This document shows, in pieces, positions 63,146 through 64,000 of a DNA stretch of 64,000 bases. The stretch covers positions 263,957-327,956 of the forward strand of contig CDMY01000592.1 of NCBI GenBank assembly GCA_001179505.1, written 5' to 3'. The notes beneath the pieces are model-generated. The model did not search any database, was not told the DNA's origin, and worked only from the letters and a program-made list of their open reading frames with translations. The stretch's first letter is position 1. Every line of letters starts with the position of its first letter. The DNA comes from Vitrella brassicaformis CCMP3155 (Eukaryota; Protista; Chromerida). Made by a program: the position numbers and the translations under genes.

Positions 63146-63775
63146 GCGGCTTTGACGTCACCACATCGGACGGCCTCGACGTGTTCGACGACCCTTCGTC
63201 CACGATTCAGCTGGAGGCAACTCGTCGCTCTTGAAGCGTGTGAGTGAGTGAGTGAGTGACATGGAGACGGGCAAGGGCTCACGGTGTGTGTGTGCGTGTG
63301 TGTGTGTGTGTGTGTGTCTGGAAAGACTGCAGTCTGTCGGGCTTCCCAAGACAAGACAGCACCGTAGCCCTAGTTGCCGAATGGCCGAGGCCACCTGTAG
63401 ATACGGCTGTGCAGCCGCTTTCTTGACGGATAGATACATGTAGATAGGTAGATAGACGGATGGATGGATGGATGTGGACTAACTCATTCATGTGTGCGAG
63501 TGGCCCGCCAAACGCCGTGCGTGTGGGCACTGCTCTGTGCAGCCGTTAATTCTCAAGCAGGCACTGACTGACTGATTGATGTTTCCATGGACGCACTCGA
63601 GAGCCTTCACCGTCGTGCTACTAGGGCCACGTCTCATCCATCCCGCCCGCATCTTTGCAGTCACCCCCCTGTCTGCCTGACTGGGTGTTTCGGCAACAAG
63701 TCGTCAAGGAAATCTGCATTGCATAGTCTACAGCTCCTCTCCCTTCCAGTATTCGTGAGTGTCTGAGAGTCTCAC

Positions 63776-64000
63776 AGCCATCTCAGGCCTTCCTGGCTAT
63801 CCCTCTCCCTCCCTCTCTTGGCATCCCCTCGATGTCCTGACGCATGAATGGAACGCACGTGTGACGAAACACAATCGACGTTGAGATACACCGATCATCA
63901 GAGTCTCTCACAACACGCCACATAAAACTGAAAGAGCTGCACGACACACACACACACACACACTTCCACCGTCCACAATCACTCACCCACTCATCCCCCC
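63776..64000 (-). repeat. About 225-bp dispersed repeat, copy 2 (inverted, runs off the window end)
   Basis: Reverse-complement match to 57488-57712. Confidence 0.9.

Noticed and set aside
1-64000. The many short ORFs rich in HTHT/VCVC/TDRQ/MDGW in the supplied track
   Set aside because: They are translations of intronic (CA)n, (GACA)n and (GATG)n microsatellites, or antisense shadows of real exons.

Overview
Eukaryotic nuclear DNA: GC-rich and gene-dense, with short introns full of microsatellites. The gene set and style point to a chromerid alveolate such as Vitrella brassicaformis (inference). Supporting signs are bipartite plastid leaders, an apicomplexan-type sortilin and two Vitrella-style expanded families. 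About 22 spliced protein-coding genes can be supported, with exon boundaries read by eye and therefore approximate. Recognisable genes: a plastid carotenoid-desaturase-like flavoprotein, an SH3 protein, an ER thioredoxin-fold KDEL protein, a WW/B-box/IQ protein, a plastid aldo-keto reductase, a SMARCAL1-like helicase, an ArsS-family radical SAM enzyme, sortilin/VPS10, a coiled-coil/LRR protein, an inverted pair of MFS transporters, a fused NirB-NirD nitrite reductase, an ankyrin-family gene, a phosphoethanolamine methyltransferase and a chimeric FG-rich protein. Two signals stand out. First, the ArsS gene has an in-frame TGA exactly at the family's C-terminal Cys/Sec position, so it is a candidate eukaryotic selenoenzyme for arsenosugar synthesis. 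Second, the sortilin gene has three in-frame TAGs, two at positions read as conserved Trp, plus a homopolymer frameshift, which suggests either a pseudogene or recoding/editing. GC-AG introns also appear to be frequent. There are two 300-N gaps, and I found no supportable rRNA, tRNA, CRISPR array or transposase.
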